Numbered from the stretch's first letter, positions 41,389 through 53,188 are shown. The stretch: 64,000 nucleotides of DNA from Spirochaetia bacterium (GCA_965203905.1 CBDBDQ010000005.1:2048001-2112000); one strand, 5' to 3'. The notes: a model not told the origin generated them from the letters alone. Translations and numbers: made by a program.

Positions 41389-43731
41389 TCAGCTTCCTGT
41401 CCCGGAGTGACCGTGCTGACTCAGGTAGGGCCGCAGGGGCTCGGTGACCATATAGTACCGGTTCGATGCGTTCCACAGGGTAAAGCCGGTGCCGCCCGCG
41501 GTGCGGTTGCCCTCCAGCTGCAGTCTCAGGTAACGGCCGTACTCCTCCTCTTCCATGCGCAGCTCGCCGCCGATGAGGAAGGCCTGGACGTAGGGGCGGA
41601 TGTAGCTCCGTCCCTGCACCAGTTGGCGCGCGCGGCGCACCCCCTTCTCGTAGATGTCGTGGGCCCGTTCCAGATAGCTGCGGTCGCTCAGAAAGTCGTT
41701 CGGGAAGTGCGACGGATAGAACATGGGACTGATGACGTCGACGTACTCCGACAGGACTTCGATGTTCTGGCCGATCCAGTTGCCGCTGCGATACCAGGAG
41801 TTGAATCCAAACAGGTCGGTGCTGATTGGCACTCGCACCTGCTCCCGGGCCATGGCCAGGAACGACTCGATGGCGTCGATCTTGGTCATTCCGGGACGCC
41901 GGTGGCGGTATCCGGCACGCTCGACCGGACCGTCGGAGGGGAAGCGAATGTAGTCGAACTGAATCTCGTCCACCCCGCGCCCCGCTACCTCGGCGGCCAC
42001 TGCAACGTTGTATTCCCAGACCTCGGCCGCGTGAGGATCGACCCAGAACTCGCGCTGCTCCGTGGCCGGCTCCGGGTCGGGGGCGGTGTCCTTGGCCGTG
42101 CCGTCGGTGTCGGCGGCACCGCCCTCCTCCGTCGCGGTGGCTCGCGCCGGCGCCACCGGGACGAGATGGCGCCAGGGAGCGTCCTGTTCCCGGTCCCAGA
42201 CCGCCAGACGATGGTCCTGCCACCGGTACAGGAACCGGTCCTTGAACACCACCAGCCGCGCTATGACGTAGATGCCCGCGGCGTGCGCCTCAGCCACCAG
42301 CTCGTCCAGCCTGATGGGCCCATGTACCGCGCCCAACTCGTGGGCCAGCGCCAGCTCCGAATCGTAGGTCAGGTAACCGCTGTCGTCCTTGAGGTCGACC
42401 ACGAACGAGTTGAGGCCGTGCTGCTGCAGGAACTCCAGGAACTCCGGCAGCCGCGCCGCCGCGCTCCACGCGCTCAGGTAGATTCCGTGGCGTTGCGCGG
42501 CGTGGGCCAGCGGGCGGCGCGTGGAAACGTGTTGTGTAATGACGACGCGCGCCGACGGGGTAGCCGCGGGCTCCGGGTCCTCCGGTGACGTCGTGACCGG
42601 CTGCTCCGGTTCCCGTGCTGGCGGTGCCACCGGGCGCTCGGGCTTCGGCGCCGGCGTGGCTGCCGACTGCACCGGCTCCGGCTCCGGCGTTGGCGTTGCG
42701 ACCGGGCGCTCGGACTCCGGACGTGGCGCAGCGGGTATACCGGGAGCCAGCTCGGAGTGGGGTCGGTCCCGTGAACCGGCGGCGTGGGCTGCGGGCAGCT
42801 CGCCCTGCTGCGGCCCGGCATCGGGCGCACCGGACGCCGCCTGCACGCTGCGCCGGTCCTGTTGCGTGCCGGCGTCCATCGCGGCCGCGCTGCGTTGCGG
42901 CGCCGGTACCGGTTCTCGCACACCTGCGGTTGTCCAGGTGCCGTCGGCGGTGAGCCACCACCGCGAGTCGCGGGTACCCGTCTCCAGGACCCACCCATCC
43001 GCCGCCGGCACGTAGGCCAGGTGCGTGGCAGTCGGCGCCGGGAGCGGGAATTGCCGCCACCAGTCCGCGTCCGCGGCGTCGCGCGGCGCGTGCCGGTCGG
43101 GATTGACGAAGACTCCGCCGTCGAAGCCCGCCAGCACGGCGATCGCGTCCGGCAAGGCCGGATCGTAGCTGAGTGCCGCCACCTCCTCGTAGTAGAGGGC
43201 GTCATGGGTGAGGAAGCGCACCGCGGAGGAGAGATGTTGCCAGTTGGCGCCGCGATCGGTGGTCTCGTATACCCCGTTGAACGAGGTGCCGAGCAGCAGG
43301 CCGTCGGCGTGATGCGGCGACGGCGCCACGCTGGTGAAGTAGGCATTGGGGCGTATCGGCGCGGCGATGGGGATCGCCTGCCACGACCCGCCGCCGTCCT
43401 CGCTCAGGTACAGGCCGCGGGCGGTGGTGGCGGCCACCCGCAATGGATTGCGCGGGTCGACCCCGAGGGCGGTGATGAAGCGGAATTCCGGCGGATGTGG
43501 GAACGGATGGACCACGCGGTAGGGCAGGCCCGCGTTGCGCGGTTCCCAGGTGCGTCCCCCGTCCAGGGACGCGAACACGCCGGCGCGGCGGGTGCGAGCG
43601 TAATCCCGGTCCCCTGCCGGCACCAACTGCTCGATATCCTGGCCCCACACGGCGGCCACGGTGCCGGCACCCAGGAGCAGTGCCCACAGCCAGCGCCGGC
43701 TCGCGGGCCATCTACGAACGGTCGGCGTCAC
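41389..43731 (-). CDS. Exported protein: BNR/Asp-box propeller + Pro-rich linker + putative glycoside hydrolase (DUF4015-like)
   Basis: [24 protein letters not shown]; [41 protein letters not shown]. Confidence 0.8.
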   Translation of the reverse strand: MTPTVRRWPASRRWLWALLLGAGTVAAVWGQDIEQLVPAGDRDYARTRRAGVFASLDGGRTWEPRNAGLPYRVVHPFPHPPEFRFITALGVDPRNPLRVAATTARGLYLSEDGGGSWQAIPIAAPIRPNAYFTSVAPSPHHADGLLLGTSFNGVYETTDRGANWQHLSSAVRFLTHDALYYEEVAALSYDPALPDAIAVLAGFDGGVFVNPDRHAPRDAADADWWRQFPLPAPTATHLAYVPAADGWVLETGTRDSRWWLTADGTWTTAGVREPVPAPQRSAAAMDAGTQQDRRSVQAASGAPDAGPQQGELPAAHAAGSRDRPHSELAPGIPAAPRPESERPVATPTPEPEPVQSAATPAPKPERPVAPPAREPEQPVTTSPEDPEPAATPSARVVITQHVSTRRPLAHAAQRHGIYLSAWSAAARLPEFLEFLQQHGLNSFVVDLKDDSGYLTYDSELALAHELGAVHGPIRLDELVAEAHAAGIYVIARLVVFKDRFLYRWQDHRLAVWDREQDAPWRHLVPVAPARATATEEGGAADTDGTAKDTAPDPEPATEQREFWVDPHAAEVWEYNVAVAAEVAGRGVDEIQFDYIRFPSDGPVERAGYRHRRPGMTKIDAIESFLAMAREQVRVPISTDLFGFNSWYRSGNWIGQNIEVLSEYVDVISPMFYPSHFPNDFLSDRSYLERAHDIYEKGVRRARQLVQGRSYIRPYVQAFLIGGELRMEEEEYGRYLRLQLEGNRTAGGTGFTLWNASNRYYMVTEPLRPYLSQHGHSGTGS

Positions 43732-44945
43732 TCGTCAGCGCGGATGTGGGCGATGATGCGGTCGGCAAATTCGCTGGTGGCAACCTGCGTGGCGTCTTCC
43801 ATCAGGCGCGCGAAGTCGTAGGTAACGTAGCGCTCGCCGATGGTGCGGGTCAGGGCGCCGTCGATCAGGCGCGCCGCTTCGTTCCAACCGAGGTACTCGA
43901 ACAGCATCACACCGGACAGGATGACCGACGACGGATTGATCACGTTCTTGCCCGCGTACTTGGGTGCCGTGCCGTGGGTCGCCTCGAAGATGGCATGACC
44001 GGTCCGGTAGTTGATGTTGGCGCCGGGAGCGATGCCGATGCCGCCTACCTGCGCTGCCAGCGCGTCGGAGATGTAGTCACCGTTCAGGTTCATTGTGGCT
44101 ACCACGTCGAACTCCGCCGGGCGGGTGAGAACCTGCTGCAGGAAGATGTCGGCGATGGTGTCCTTGATCAGGACCTTGCCGGGAGGAATCTCGCCGTCGA
44201 CCTGGTCCCAAGTGAGCGTATGCTCCGGGAAGTGCTCGGCGGCCACCTGGTAGCCCCACTCGCGGAATGCCCCCTCGGTGAACTTCTGGATGTTGCCCTT
44301 GTGGACCAGGGTCACACTGTGGCGCCGGTGCTCGATGGCGTACTCGATCGCCGCCCGCACCAGGCGTTCCGTACCCGTGCGGCTGATCGGCTTGATGCCG
44401 ATGCCGGAGTCGGCGCGCACCGACCAGCCCAGCTCCTGCTGCAGAAACTGCAGCAGCTTGTCGGCCTCGGGGCTGCCGGCCGCCACCTCGAATCCGGCGT
44501 AGACATCCTCGGTGTTCTCCCGAAACACCACCATGTCCACCCGTTCCGGCGTCCGCACCGGCGACGGTACGCCGGGGTAGTACTTCACCGGCCGCAGGCA
44601 CACGTACAGGTCGAGCCGCTGCCGCAGGGCCACGTTGAGACTGCGGATGCCGCCACCCACCGGCGTGGTGAGCGGACCCTTGATGCCCACCAGGTGATCG
44701 CGAAACGCGTCTTCGGTCGCCTCCGGCAGCCAGCTGCCGGTGCGGTCGAACGCCTTCTGGCCGGCCAGTACCTCGACCCACTCCACGCCGCGCCGGGTGC
44801 CGTACGCCTGGGTCACGGCGGCAGCGAATACCCGCACCGCCGCGGCCCAGATATCGGGTCCGGTGCCGTCCCCTTCGATGAACGGGATGAGGGGGCGGTC
44901 GGGGACCTGCAGCCCCGCACTGGTCATGGTTATGTAATGGCCCAC
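43728..44945 (-). CDS. icd: NADP-dependent isocitrate dehydrogenase
   Basis: [52 protein letters not shown]. Confidence 0.97.
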   Translation of the reverse strand: MGHYITMTSAGLQVPDRPLIPFIEGDGTGPDIWAAAVRVFAAAVTQAYGTRRGVEWVEVLAGQKAFDRTGSWLPEATEDAFRDHLVGIKGPLTTPVGGGIRSLNVALRQRLDLYVCLRPVKYYPGVPSPVRTPERVDMVVFRENTEDVYAGFEVAAGSPEADKLLQFLQQELGWSVRADSGIGIKPISRTGTERLVRAAIEYAIEHRRHSVTLVHKGNIQKFTEGAFREWGYQVAAEHFPEHTLTWDQVDGEIPPGKVLIKDTIADIFLQQVLTRPAEFDVVATMNLNGDYISDALAAQVGGIGIAPGANINYRTGHAIFEATHGTAPKYAGKNVINPSSVILSGVMLFEYLGWNEAARLIDGALTRTIGERYVTYDFARLMEDATQVATSEFADRIIAHIRADE

Positions 44946-45129
44946 GCGTCCTCCACTTGACGTCTCCTGACGCTGGCCAGAGTGTAGCCGCGCGCCTGCC
45001 GCCGCTCAACCGACCGCGGTGCTGCGGCGCGGCTCGGGAGGCAGCATGTGTGCCCGCCAGCGCGTCCTGGAAGCGGCGCCGCGTCAAGGTTTGTGTTAAT
45101 CTCGCGCTGATCCAGGTCCGGAGGCAAAC

Positions 45130-46206
45130 GTGCTGAAAAAGTTCGAGGTTCCCAGCGAGATCGCGGTGCGGGTGACGCTCGCGGACGTCCGCCGTACCAC
45201 CGAGGAGCTGCTGCAGGCGGTCGGCATGCCGGAGGCCGGCGCGCGGCAGACCGCAGACGTGCTCATGTACGCCGACCTGCGGGGCATCGACACCCATGGT
45301 GTCAGCAACATGCTGCGCGGCTACCTCCGGTCTCTCGCGAGCGGCGCCATGAATCCGACTCCGCGGTGGCGCATGGTGCGCGACAACAAGGCCACCTGCG
45401 TGATCGACGGCGACGGCGGACATGGGATGGTGGTGTCCCCGGCAGCGATGAGCGAGGCGATCAGGCGCGCTGCCGAGTTCGGCATCGGCTCGGTGTCGGT
45501 GACCAACTGCCGCCATCTCGGCCCCTGTTCCTACTACGCCGAGATGGCCCTGGAGCACCGTATGCTGGGCCAGGTGACGACCACCGGCGGCGTAGGCATG
45601 GTCCCGACCTTCGGTACCCGGCCGCTGCTCGGGCTCAACGCCATGGCGTTCGCGGCGCCGACCCGGCGCAACCCTCCCTTCGTGTACGACGCATCCCCGA
45701 GCGTGGTGGCGGGCAACAAGCTGGCCCTGGCGCGGCGTCTGGGGCAGACCGTGCTGCCGGGATGGATCACCGACGAGCACGGCAACCCGATCATGGAGGA
45801 GGTTCCGATACCGGAGAAGTACATGCTGCTGCCCCTCGGCTCGACCCGCGAGGGCGGATCGCAGAAGGGCTATGCCCTGTCGGTCATCGGCGAGATCCTG
45901 ACCAGTGTGCTGGGCGGCGCCGGCGCGGGTCCCAGACGCCGCTCCGGCTCCGTCCATCATTTCCTGGCATACGACATTGCGAGCTTCTCGGAGCCGGAGG
46001 AGTTCATGGCCGATCTGGACCGGTACCTGACTGACCTGCTTGAGTGCCCCACGGTCTCCGGCACCGGCAGGGTGCTCTACTCGGGGTATCCCGAGGCTCG
46101 TACCGAGGCGGAACGGCGCGAGAACGGGATCCCGTACCACCCGGAGGTGATCGAGTGGTTCAGAACCGCCACCACCGAGCACGGAGTCGCCTGGCGATTG
46201 ACATGA
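45130..46206 (+). CDS. Ldh_2 (malate/L-lactate dehydrogenase-like) oxidoreductase
   Basis: ADLRGIDTHG, DGDGGHG, GLNAMAFAAP, QKGYAL; RBS GGAGG. Confidence 0.88.
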   Translation: MLKKFEVPSEIAVRVTLADVRRTTEELLQAVGMPEAGARQTADVLMYADLRGIDTHGVSNMLRGYLRSLASGAMNPTPRWRMVRDNKATCVIDGDGGHGMVVSPAAMSEAIRRAAEFGIGSVSVTNCRHLGPCSYYAEMALEHRMLGQVTTTGGVGMVPTFGTRPLLGLNAMAFAAPTRRNPPFVYDASPSVVAGNKLALARRLGQTVLPGWITDEHGNPIMEEVPIPEKYMLLPLGSTREGGSQKGYALSVIGEILTSVLGGAGAGPRRRSGSVHHFLAYDIASFSEPEEFMADLDRYLTDLLECPTVSGTGRVLYSGYPEARTEAERRENGIPYHPEVIEWFRTATTEHGVAWRLT

Positions 46207-46328
46207 GAAGATGCGTCGCAGTTCGTGCTTCGCGAACCTCGTCCGGCGCCGGTAACCGGCTGCGAGTGTGAGCGACGGTGCGGGCGGGGCTTGACGAGGC
46301 TGTTTCGGCCGTGCTAGCAAGGCCCGCG

Positions 46329-46913
46329 ATGCAACGACGAGCTCTCTACCTCAGCTTGGCAGTATTGCTGGCCGGCGTGAGCCCGGCCTGCGCCCAGTCC
46401 GACGAGCGCGATACCCTGCTCGGGGTCAACCTCGCCGGGCCTCTGTTCGGGGTTTACAGTGGATCCTTCCAGCAGCTTCTCCAGAACGATCTGAGCATCT
46501 TCGTACGCGCGGCGTACTTCGCTCCCGAATGGAGCGTGGTGTATCGCGATCTCGTGCCCGAGGACTGGACCTACTGGGCGGTCGATGGCGAGGTCGGTGC
46601 CAATTACTACCCGCAGGATATTGCTCCCAGCGGATTTTATGCGGGGGTGGGACTGGCCCCCAGCTACCTCTTTCTTCGAGACCAGGATGGCAACGAGGCG
46701 GCGGGCCTGCGCCTGGGAATGGTAACCCAGGTCGGCTACCAGTTCGTGTGGGGCCCGATCGCGGTGGGACCGCGAGCCAGCATGGGGTACCATTGGGTGT
46801 TGGCCGAGCTTTCCGCTCTGGAAGACGCCGATGTACAGAACGAGAACGGCATAAAGGGCGTCGTTTCCGGGTTTTGGCTTGGAGCAGGTCTCGACCTCTC
46901 GGTAGCCTTCTAA
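46329..46913 (+). CDS. Small outer-membrane beta-barrel protein (DUF3575-like)
   Basis: Signal peptide, alternating strands, NYYP..GFY, terminal LSVAF. Confidence 0.65.
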   Translation: MQRRALYLSLAVLLAGVSPACAQSDERDTLLGVNLAGPLFGVYSGSFQQLLQNDLSIFVRAAYFAPEWSVVYRDLVPEDWTYWAVDGEVGANYYPQDIAPSGFYAGVGLAPSYLFLRDQDGNEAAGLRLGMVTQVGYQFVWGPIAVGPRASMGYHWVLAELSALEDADVQNENGIKGVVSGFWLGAGLDLSVAF

Positions 46914-46945
46914 CCCCGAGCGGGTCTTGCGATCGTCGCTGCACA

Positions 46946-48034
46946 GTGCTGCACGAGGCAGAGCACGGAGGGTACTACAATCCGATCACGCGGAATCGGT
47001 GCGGCACGGCCACCGCATTGCTGGTCCTCGTCGCGGGCGCGACGCTTCTCGGATGTGCCGGGGATTATCCTGAATACCGGATCGGGAACCGCCAATACGA
47101 TCGCCAGATTTCCGAGCTGCTCGCATTGCTGGAGCAGGAGACCGGTGGTGCGGAACGGCGCTTCATGATCGTACAGGAGATTTCCAAGGTGCTGCGCGCC
47201 GCTGGAGCGCCGCGGCGTCAACTGCTGTTTCTCACCACCTACGTCGAGACCCATCCTACGGACCTCTACAACGCCTTCTACCTGATGTCCGTGGCGGAGG
47301 GATATCGGGAAATGGACTCGGCTCCGCTGGCGGCACACTACTACGAGCGCACGCTCAACTATCCGGATGCCCTGGTCCGGGGGCGCTCGATTCACTTGGC
47401 GGCCCTCACCGAGCTGATAGCGCTGGAGCGCGATTCCCAGCGCCTGGTGGAGCTGTACAAGCAACTGATAGGCCGCTTTCGCGATGCCATAGATCCCGGT
47501 CGCAGCCACTTCTTTCTGGCCCGCTCCTATGAGGCACTCGGAGAATGGGAGCAGGCGGTCCAGGCCTACCGGGTGTATCTGCAGCACGCGACCACCGACA
47601 TCCCGGGATTCCCCAACGTGCACCGCGAGGTCCTCGACAAGGTGAACTTCCACTTCTCCGACAAGAGCTGGGTGATGCAGGATCTGGATTCGCTGGTAGC
47701 GGAGATAAAGGGTGCCATCAGCCGCCGCGATCAGCGTGCACTGCGCCGGTTGCGTTCCCAGTCCGGCTTCTTCACCATGTCGTGGGAGCAGCAGGTAGCT
47801 GACGAGAGTGCCGCGCGGGTGTTCGACCTGTCGGCGTTCCCGCTGTCGCGGGTCCGGTTCGACGACCAGTTGGACCCCGACTCCAACGCCGGTGAGGCGT
47901 TTCTGCGGACCACCGGCTGGTCGCACCGGGTCAAGACCTGGTACCTGTACTTCCGCCGCATCGACTTCAAGGCAGACCCCGAAATCGATGGTCGCTGGGA
48001 GTGGGCGGGGATATTTTTCGGCGAGAAACTATGA
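46946..48034 (+). CDS. TPR-containing lipoprotein
   Basis: Lipobox LLGC, TPR helices (FFLARSYEALGEWEQAVQAY), C-terminal WEWAGIFFGEKL; start uncertain. Confidence 0.75.
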   Translation: MLHEAEHGGYYNPITRNRCGTATALLVLVAGATLLGCAGDYPEYRIGNRQYDRQISELLALLEQETGGAERRFMIVQEISKVLRAAGAPRRQLLFLTTYVETHPTDLYNAFYLMSVAEGYREMDSAPLAAHYYERTLNYPDALVRGRSIHLAALTELIALERDSQRLVELYKQLIGRFRDAIDPGRSHFFLARSYEALGEWEQAVQAYRVYLQHATTDIPGFPNVHREVLDKVNFHFSDKSWVMQDLDSLVAEIKGAISRRDQRALRRLRSQSGFFTMSWEQQVADESAARVFDLSAFPLSRVRFDDQLDPDSNAGEAFLRTTGWSHRVKTWYLYFRRIDFKADPEIDGRWEWAGIFFGEKL

Positions 48035-49578
48035 CGGTGCGCCGTGCAGGCAGTCTTACCATACGTGAACTTGGCGCGCATCCCGGCGCGTCACCGGTGC
48101 CGGCGGTGCCGTGCCGCGGGCGCAGCCCCACCGTAGTGCGCGCGACGCCGCGGTGGCGCGCCATGGCGGTGGCGACGCTGCTGGCGGCAGCAGCGCTGCC
48201 GGCGCCTGCACAGCACCTCCTGGACATCGTACCTGCATCCCTGACCATTCCCGACCAACCTCGCGTGGCATATTGGGCCGACAGCTACGGCAGCGCCGCG
48301 CTGCGGTCGTGGATGCAGAAGGTCCTGCTGCGAACCGCTTTCTACGCCGATCACATTCTGCAGCAGCTGGAGGAGCGCGGCATGCCGGCGGAGCTGGTGT
48401 TCCTGCCGGCGATCGAGTCCGATTACGACGGCTGGGCCACCTCGCCGGCCGGCGCAGTCGGCCTGTGGCAGCTGATGCGCGGCACGGCACAGCTCTACGG
48501 GCTGGTCACCGACGAAATGATCGACGAACGGCGCGACTTCTGGAAGGCTACCGACGTGGCCCTGCGCATCCTGGAGGCCAACCGTCGCGAACTGGGCAGT
48601 TGGGAGCTGGCTCTGGCGGCCTACAACGCCGGGAAGGGCCGTGTGCGCCGCGACGTGCGCAACGGGGGCACCAGTGACTTCTGGGAGTTGCGCCGCAACG
48701 GCCTGCTGCCGCGCGAGACCAGGGACTTCGTGCCGCGCTTCTACGGTCTGGTGCTGGCGCTGCGCCGCTACGCCGCCAGCGACTCGCCGGCGGTGGACGA
48801 TCTCTACCGCTGGCGGCGGGTGACGGTGCCCGATGGCGTCGATCTGCACCAGCTCGGCGCGCTCAGCGGCGTGGCGAGCGAGGTCCTGGAACGGGCCAAC
48901 GCCGAGCTGAACTTCGGCCTGGCTCCCGCCGGTGGGGAAAGCGATCCGTACCTGCTGAAGGTTCCGGTAGACTCTTATGAAGAGCTGACCGCCGTGCTGG
49001 AGGATCCTTCCATCACGCTGGTGCGGTTGCACCGGCACGTCATTCGCAGCGGCGACACATTGTCCGAGCTGGCCGCGGCGTTCGAGGTCAGCGTGCCCCT
49101 GATTCGCCGCTTCAATACCCGCGTGAATCCGCGCCGGATGCAGATCGGGGTGGGGCTGTTCATTCCGTTGCTGGGCGACTTGGATCCCACCACCGTACGG
49201 TTTCCCGAGTTGGGCGATCCCCGCCCCTTCGAGTTCGACTACCGGGTGGTGGCCGGCGATTCGCTGTGGCGCATCGCGCGCCTGCATGAGACCACCGTGG
49301 AGGCGCTTGCCGCCGCCAACAGGCTGCCCCCGAGCGCTGTGCTGCAGCCGGGCCAGATCCTGCAGGTGCCGGACCGACTGAGCGATCCGGGACGCTTCGA
49401 GTTCGACTACCGGGTGGTGGCCGGCGATTCGCTGTGGCGCATCGCACGCCTGCATGACACCACCGTGGAGGCGCTTGCCGCCGCCAATGGGCTGCGGCCG
49501 AGCGCCGTGCTGCATCCGGGCCAGATCCTGCAGGTGCCGCACCGCGCGCTGCCGCCCACCGTCGCGTCGCGGGCGTGA
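48031..49578 (+). CDS. MltD-like lytic transglycosylase with three LysM domains
   Basis: AIES, AGAVGLWQLM, ALAAYNAG, ETRDFVPR; LysM IRSGDTLS and twice VVAGDSLWRIA; start could be 48163. Confidence 0.9.
   Translation: MTVRRAGSLTIRELGAHPGASPVPAVPCRGRSPTVVRATPRWRAMAVATLLAAAALPAPAQHLLDIVPASLTIPDQPRVAYWADSYGSAALRSWMQKVLLRTAFYADHILQQLEERGMPAELVFLPAIESDYDGWATSPAGAVGLWQLMRGTAQLYGLVTDEMIDERRDFWKATDVALRILEANRRELGSWELALAAYNAGKGRVRRDVRNGGTSDFWELRRNGLLPRETRDFVPRFYGLVLALRRYAASDSPAVDDLYRWRRVTVPDGVDLHQLGALSGVASEVLERANAELNFGLAPAGGESDPYLLKVPVDSYEELTAVLEDPSITLVRLHRHVIRSGDTLSELAAAFEVSVPLIRRFNTRVNPRRMQIGVGLFIPLLGDLDPTTVRFPELGDPRPFEFDYRVVAGDSLWRIARLHETTVEALAAANRLPPSAVLQPGQILQVPDRLSDPGRFEFDYRVVAGDSLWRIARLHDTTVEALAAANGLRPSAVLHPGQILQVPHRALPPTVASRA
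49228..49539 (+). repeat. Near-identical LysM-coding duplication (49228-49371 and 49396-49539)
   Basis: Two 144-nt units, period 168 nt, both starting TTCGAGTTCGACTACCGGGTGGTGGCCGGCGATTCGCTGTGG. Confidence 0.9.
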
Positions 49579-51200
49579 GGCTGCTAGGGCTCGCCAGGAT
49601 CGGAGGAGTCGCCGGCGCCTGTGCGCTGCTGCTCGCCGCCTGCGGGCAGGCAGCGCGCGGCTCTGGCGTGGTGCTGTGGAGTGTTGCCGGTGCACCGCCC
49701 ACGGGAGCCGTCATCCACATCATCGAGGAGTCCTCCATCGAGGACCGCTACCTGGTTCTCAGCGCCGGCGCTGATCGGGATGAGGAACCGGTAGCGGTGG
49801 AGCGCTGGCGCGTGCGGGTGTATCCCGACACCGAACAGGCGACCGCATTCGCCGCGCGCTACGCGCCCTTCACCGACAGCTATGGGTACGCCGTTCGCAG
49901 CGGTCTCCCGGTACGCGCCGAGGCCTCGGCCACCGCTGACATCGTCTACAAGCTGCGCGAGGGGCAGGTGACCAAGGTGTTGGAGCGAGGCGCACAGCCG
50001 GAGCGGGTCGGAGCGTACGAGAACTACTGGTACCAGGTGCTCACCGAAGATGGCGTCGCGGGGTATACCTTCGGGGAGTTCCTCCCGGTGTTCCAGACCA
50101 GCGGCGACCCGCATGCGGAAGCCGCCCGGCTGCGCGCCGACGATCCCACGCTCGAGCACCTGTTGGCCACGGTGTGGCGTCCCGATTACTTCCGCGCCAT
50201 GCTGATCACCGGCCGTTACGACCTGCGCCGGTTTCGGGCCGAGTACGGCCTGTTCCCCGATCCCGTAGCGCGGGTGTTCCGCCTGGTCACGGAGACCGGC
50301 ACCCGGGAGTTTCGCTACCGCACCGTGGAGCGGGTCGGTGAGGGCCGCTACGTGTTCCATCTGGAGGATGACGCCAGTCAGGCGCGCTTCACCGTGCACA
50401 GCTCGCACCGGGTGTCCATGTCCTACAGCGCCGCGGGACGCCAGGTGACGCGGGTGTTCGTGCAACTGTCGCGCGACGTCGCGGCGTCGATCGTCGCGGA
50501 GCAGGAGCGCCGCGACCGCCTCTACCGCGGCCTGGTGGAGCGCGGTGCGGTGTTGCACAGCAGCGGCTACGGCACCATCGAGCTGGGGCCGGAGCGCCGC
50601 TTTCGCTGGCAGCGGTTCCTGGCCCTGGTCCCGGAGCTGCTGCCGCCGGGACTGCGGGGCACGGGCCGCGTGGACTTTCGCTACGCGCCGGCACCGGAGC
50701 TGGGCGGCGGCTACGATACCGTCATCAGCTTCCTGTTCGACGGCGACGAGCCGGCAGCGGCGGCCGGCAGTACCGGAGGCCCTGCTCCGGCCGCTTCGCC
50801 ACCCGTCTCCGAGGAGGGCGGTACCGCCACCGAGGAGCAGCCTGACGGTCCCGCTGCCGCAGCGGATTCGGCGCGGCTGCCGGCGGCCCGAGCGCCGGGA
50901 GCCGCGGGCACAGGGGCCGATACCGACGCCGGCGCGGCGCCCGGCGACTCCGTGGACTCGGTGGCCGACGCCGCCGCCCCGGCCGCCGCCCCGGCCGCCG
51001 AGCCACCACCCGTCGAGCCACCACCCGTCGAGCCGGCGGCGGAACTCACGCTGCTGGCGGAATACGACCACAACGGCATCCGCCTCACCCCGGCGGAGCC
51101 CGATCCGGTCACCCTGCTCGTGACCCACGTCAGCCGCTCCCCGGTGGTGATGTACTTCTCGTTCGTGGCGGCCGGCGGCTCAGCAGCGGACGATGGCTGA
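49575..51200 (+). CDS. SH3-domain lipoprotein
   Basis: Lipobox LAAC; SH3b-like LPVRAEAS...WYQVLTEDGVAGYTFG; Ala/Pro-rich insert. Confidence 0.75.
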   Translation: MRLLGLARIGGVAGACALLLAACGQAARGSGVVLWSVAGAPPTGAVIHIIEESSIEDRYLVLSAGADRDEEPVAVERWRVRVYPDTEQATAFAARYAPFTDSYGYAVRSGLPVRAEASATADIVYKLREGQVTKVLERGAQPERVGAYENYWYQVLTEDGVAGYTFGEFLPVFQTSGDPHAEAARLRADDPTLEHLLATVWRPDYFRAMLITGRYDLRRFRAEYGLFPDPVARVFRLVTETGTREFRYRTVERVGEGRYVFHLEDDASQARFTVHSSHRVSMSYSAAGRQVTRVFVQLSRDVAASIVAEQERRDRLYRGLVERGAVLHSSGYGTIELGPERRFRWQRFLALVPELLPPGLRGTGRVDFRYAPAPELGGGYDTVISFLFDGDEPAAAAGSTGGPAPAASPPVSEEGGTATEEQPDGPAAAADSARLPAARAPGAAGTGADTDAGAAPGDSVDSVADAAAPAAAPAAEPPPVEPPPVEPAAELTLLAEYDHNGIRLTPAEPDPVTLLVTHVSRSPVVMYFSFVAAGGSAADDG

Positions 51201-51224
51201 TGCTACAATCGCGGCGCAGCGGGC

Positions 51225-53188
51225 ATGGTGACACTCAGCGAAATCTCGGTGACCTACGGCGAGCAGGTGGTGCTGGAGGACGTCAGTCTGACCGTCGACC
51301 GTGGTGCCCGCATCGCGTTGTGCGGGCCAACGGCAGTGGCAAGTCCACCCTGATGCGGATCATCGCCGGGCATGGCAGCGCCGACCGCGGGCGCGTCATC
51401 GCACGGCGTGACGTCAGCATCGCCTACCTGGTGCAGTCCGGAGTGGAGCATAGCGGTCACACGCTCCACGAGGAGCTGTCCCTGGCGTTCACCCACGAGC
51501 TCGCCGCCGAACGGGAGCTGCGCCAGGTGGAGGAACAGATGGCTGCCACGGACGACGCAGTGCAGCTTGATCGGCTGTTGCAGCGCTATGCGCAGCTCAC
51601 CGAGCGGGTGAGTCCCGATGGTGCCGCCGAGCGCGCCGCCCGTCTCGACCGGGTAAGCAGGGGCCTGGGGTTCGGTCCGCGCGACGCGGACAAGGAGACC
51701 AGCACCTTCTCCTCTGGCTGGCAGATGCGCATCGCCCTGGCCAAGCTGCTGCTGCAGGGATCTGATCTGATGCTACTCGACGAGCCATCCAACTACCTCG
51801 ACCTGGACGCGCGCCAATGGCTGGAGGGATATCTGCGTTCCTATCGCGGTGGGTTCCTGCTGGTGGCCCATGACCGGATGTTGCTGGATCGTACCTGCGA
51901 CCGGGTGGCGGAGATCTATCGCGGCAAGCTGCGTACCTGGCCCGGCAGCTTCTCCGAATACCTGCAACGCCGCGCGGCCGAGCTGGAGCAGATGGCCGCC
52001 GCCTACGAACGCCAGCAGGAGGACATTGCGCGCATGGAGGCGTTCGTACGCAAGTTCCGAGCCAACTCCTCCAAGGCGCGCCTGGTGCAGAGCCGCGTCA
52101 AGCAGCTCGAGCGCATGCCGCGACTGGAGCCACCCCCGGTGCAGTCGCACATCACGTTCAGCTTTCCGCCGGCGCCAAAGGGCGGGCGGCGCGCCCTCGG
52201 AGTGTCGGGACTGAGTCTCTCCTACGGCTCGCAGCAGGTAATCCGCGATCTGGATCTGGAGCTGGACCGCGGCGACCGCCTGGCCCTGGTAGGCGACAAC
52301 GGCGTCGGCAAGTCCACCCTGATGCGCGCCCTGGCCGGGGCCATGCCGGTTCCGGCGGGACAGGTGATACTGGGCACCGGAGTCACGGTGGGCTATTACG
52401 CGCAGGACCGCGCCGAGCAGCTGACCGGCAGTCGCAGCGTGCTGGAGGAGATGGAGGCGGTGGCGCCCACCGAGATGGTTCCGCGCCTCAGAAACCTGCT
52501 CGGCGCCTTCCTGTTCAGCGGCGACGACGTGTTCAAGTCGCTCGGCGTGCTCAGCGGCGGCGAGCGCAGCCGCGTGGCGCTGGTACGGCTGCTGCTGGAG
52601 CCCGCCAACCTGCTGCTGCTCGACGAGCCCACCAGCCACCTCGACCTGAGCGCCATCAGCGTCCTCACCCAGGCGCTGCGGGGCTTTGCCGGGACCCTGG
52701 TGTTCGCCTCTCACGATGAGTACTTCATCGCCCAGCTCGCCACCAGGGTGCTGGAGGTGACGCGCGATCGGGTGTGGCTCTATCATGGCGGCTGGGACTA
52801 CTATCAGTGGAAACGGGCCGCGGTTGCTGCTGATGGGGCGCTACTGGAGCGGGCACCGGGCGCGACCGGGCTGGCGGCGGATCCGGCGCCGGCGCAACGG
52901 CAGCGGCGCGACGGCGGCCGCCGTCGTGCCGGGCGCGAGCGGGGCCAGCGTTCGCCCGAGGCCCTGCAGCGGCGCCAGCAGGCGTTGCTCGACGAGCTCG
53001 ACCGGTTGCAGCAGACCGAGCGCCGGCTGCAAGATCAGCTCAGCGATCCCGCGGTCTATACTGACGGCAGCCGGGTGCGGGACCTGAAGCGCCGGCTCCG
53101 CGACAACGGCAACGCGCAGCAGGCAACCACGGTGGCCTGGGAGGAGGTAGAACGGACCCTGCAGGGGACCGGACACACGGCACGATGA
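51225..53188 (+). CDS. ABC-F family ATPase (frameshift at about 51324-51326, probably an assembly error)
   Basis: MVTLSEISVTYG...IALCG then shifted ANGSGKST; FSSGWQMR, LLDEPSN; second cassette GDNGVGKST, LSGGE, LLDEPT. Confidence 0.9.

Noticed and set aside
51000-51035. 15-nt tandem repeat encoding EPPPV-EPPPV
   Set aside because: Ordinary slippage in a low-complexity linker
51324-51326. Programmed frameshifting in the ABC-F gene
   Set aside because: No slippery heptamer or stimulatory element; a missing G in a homopolymer is the simpler explanation
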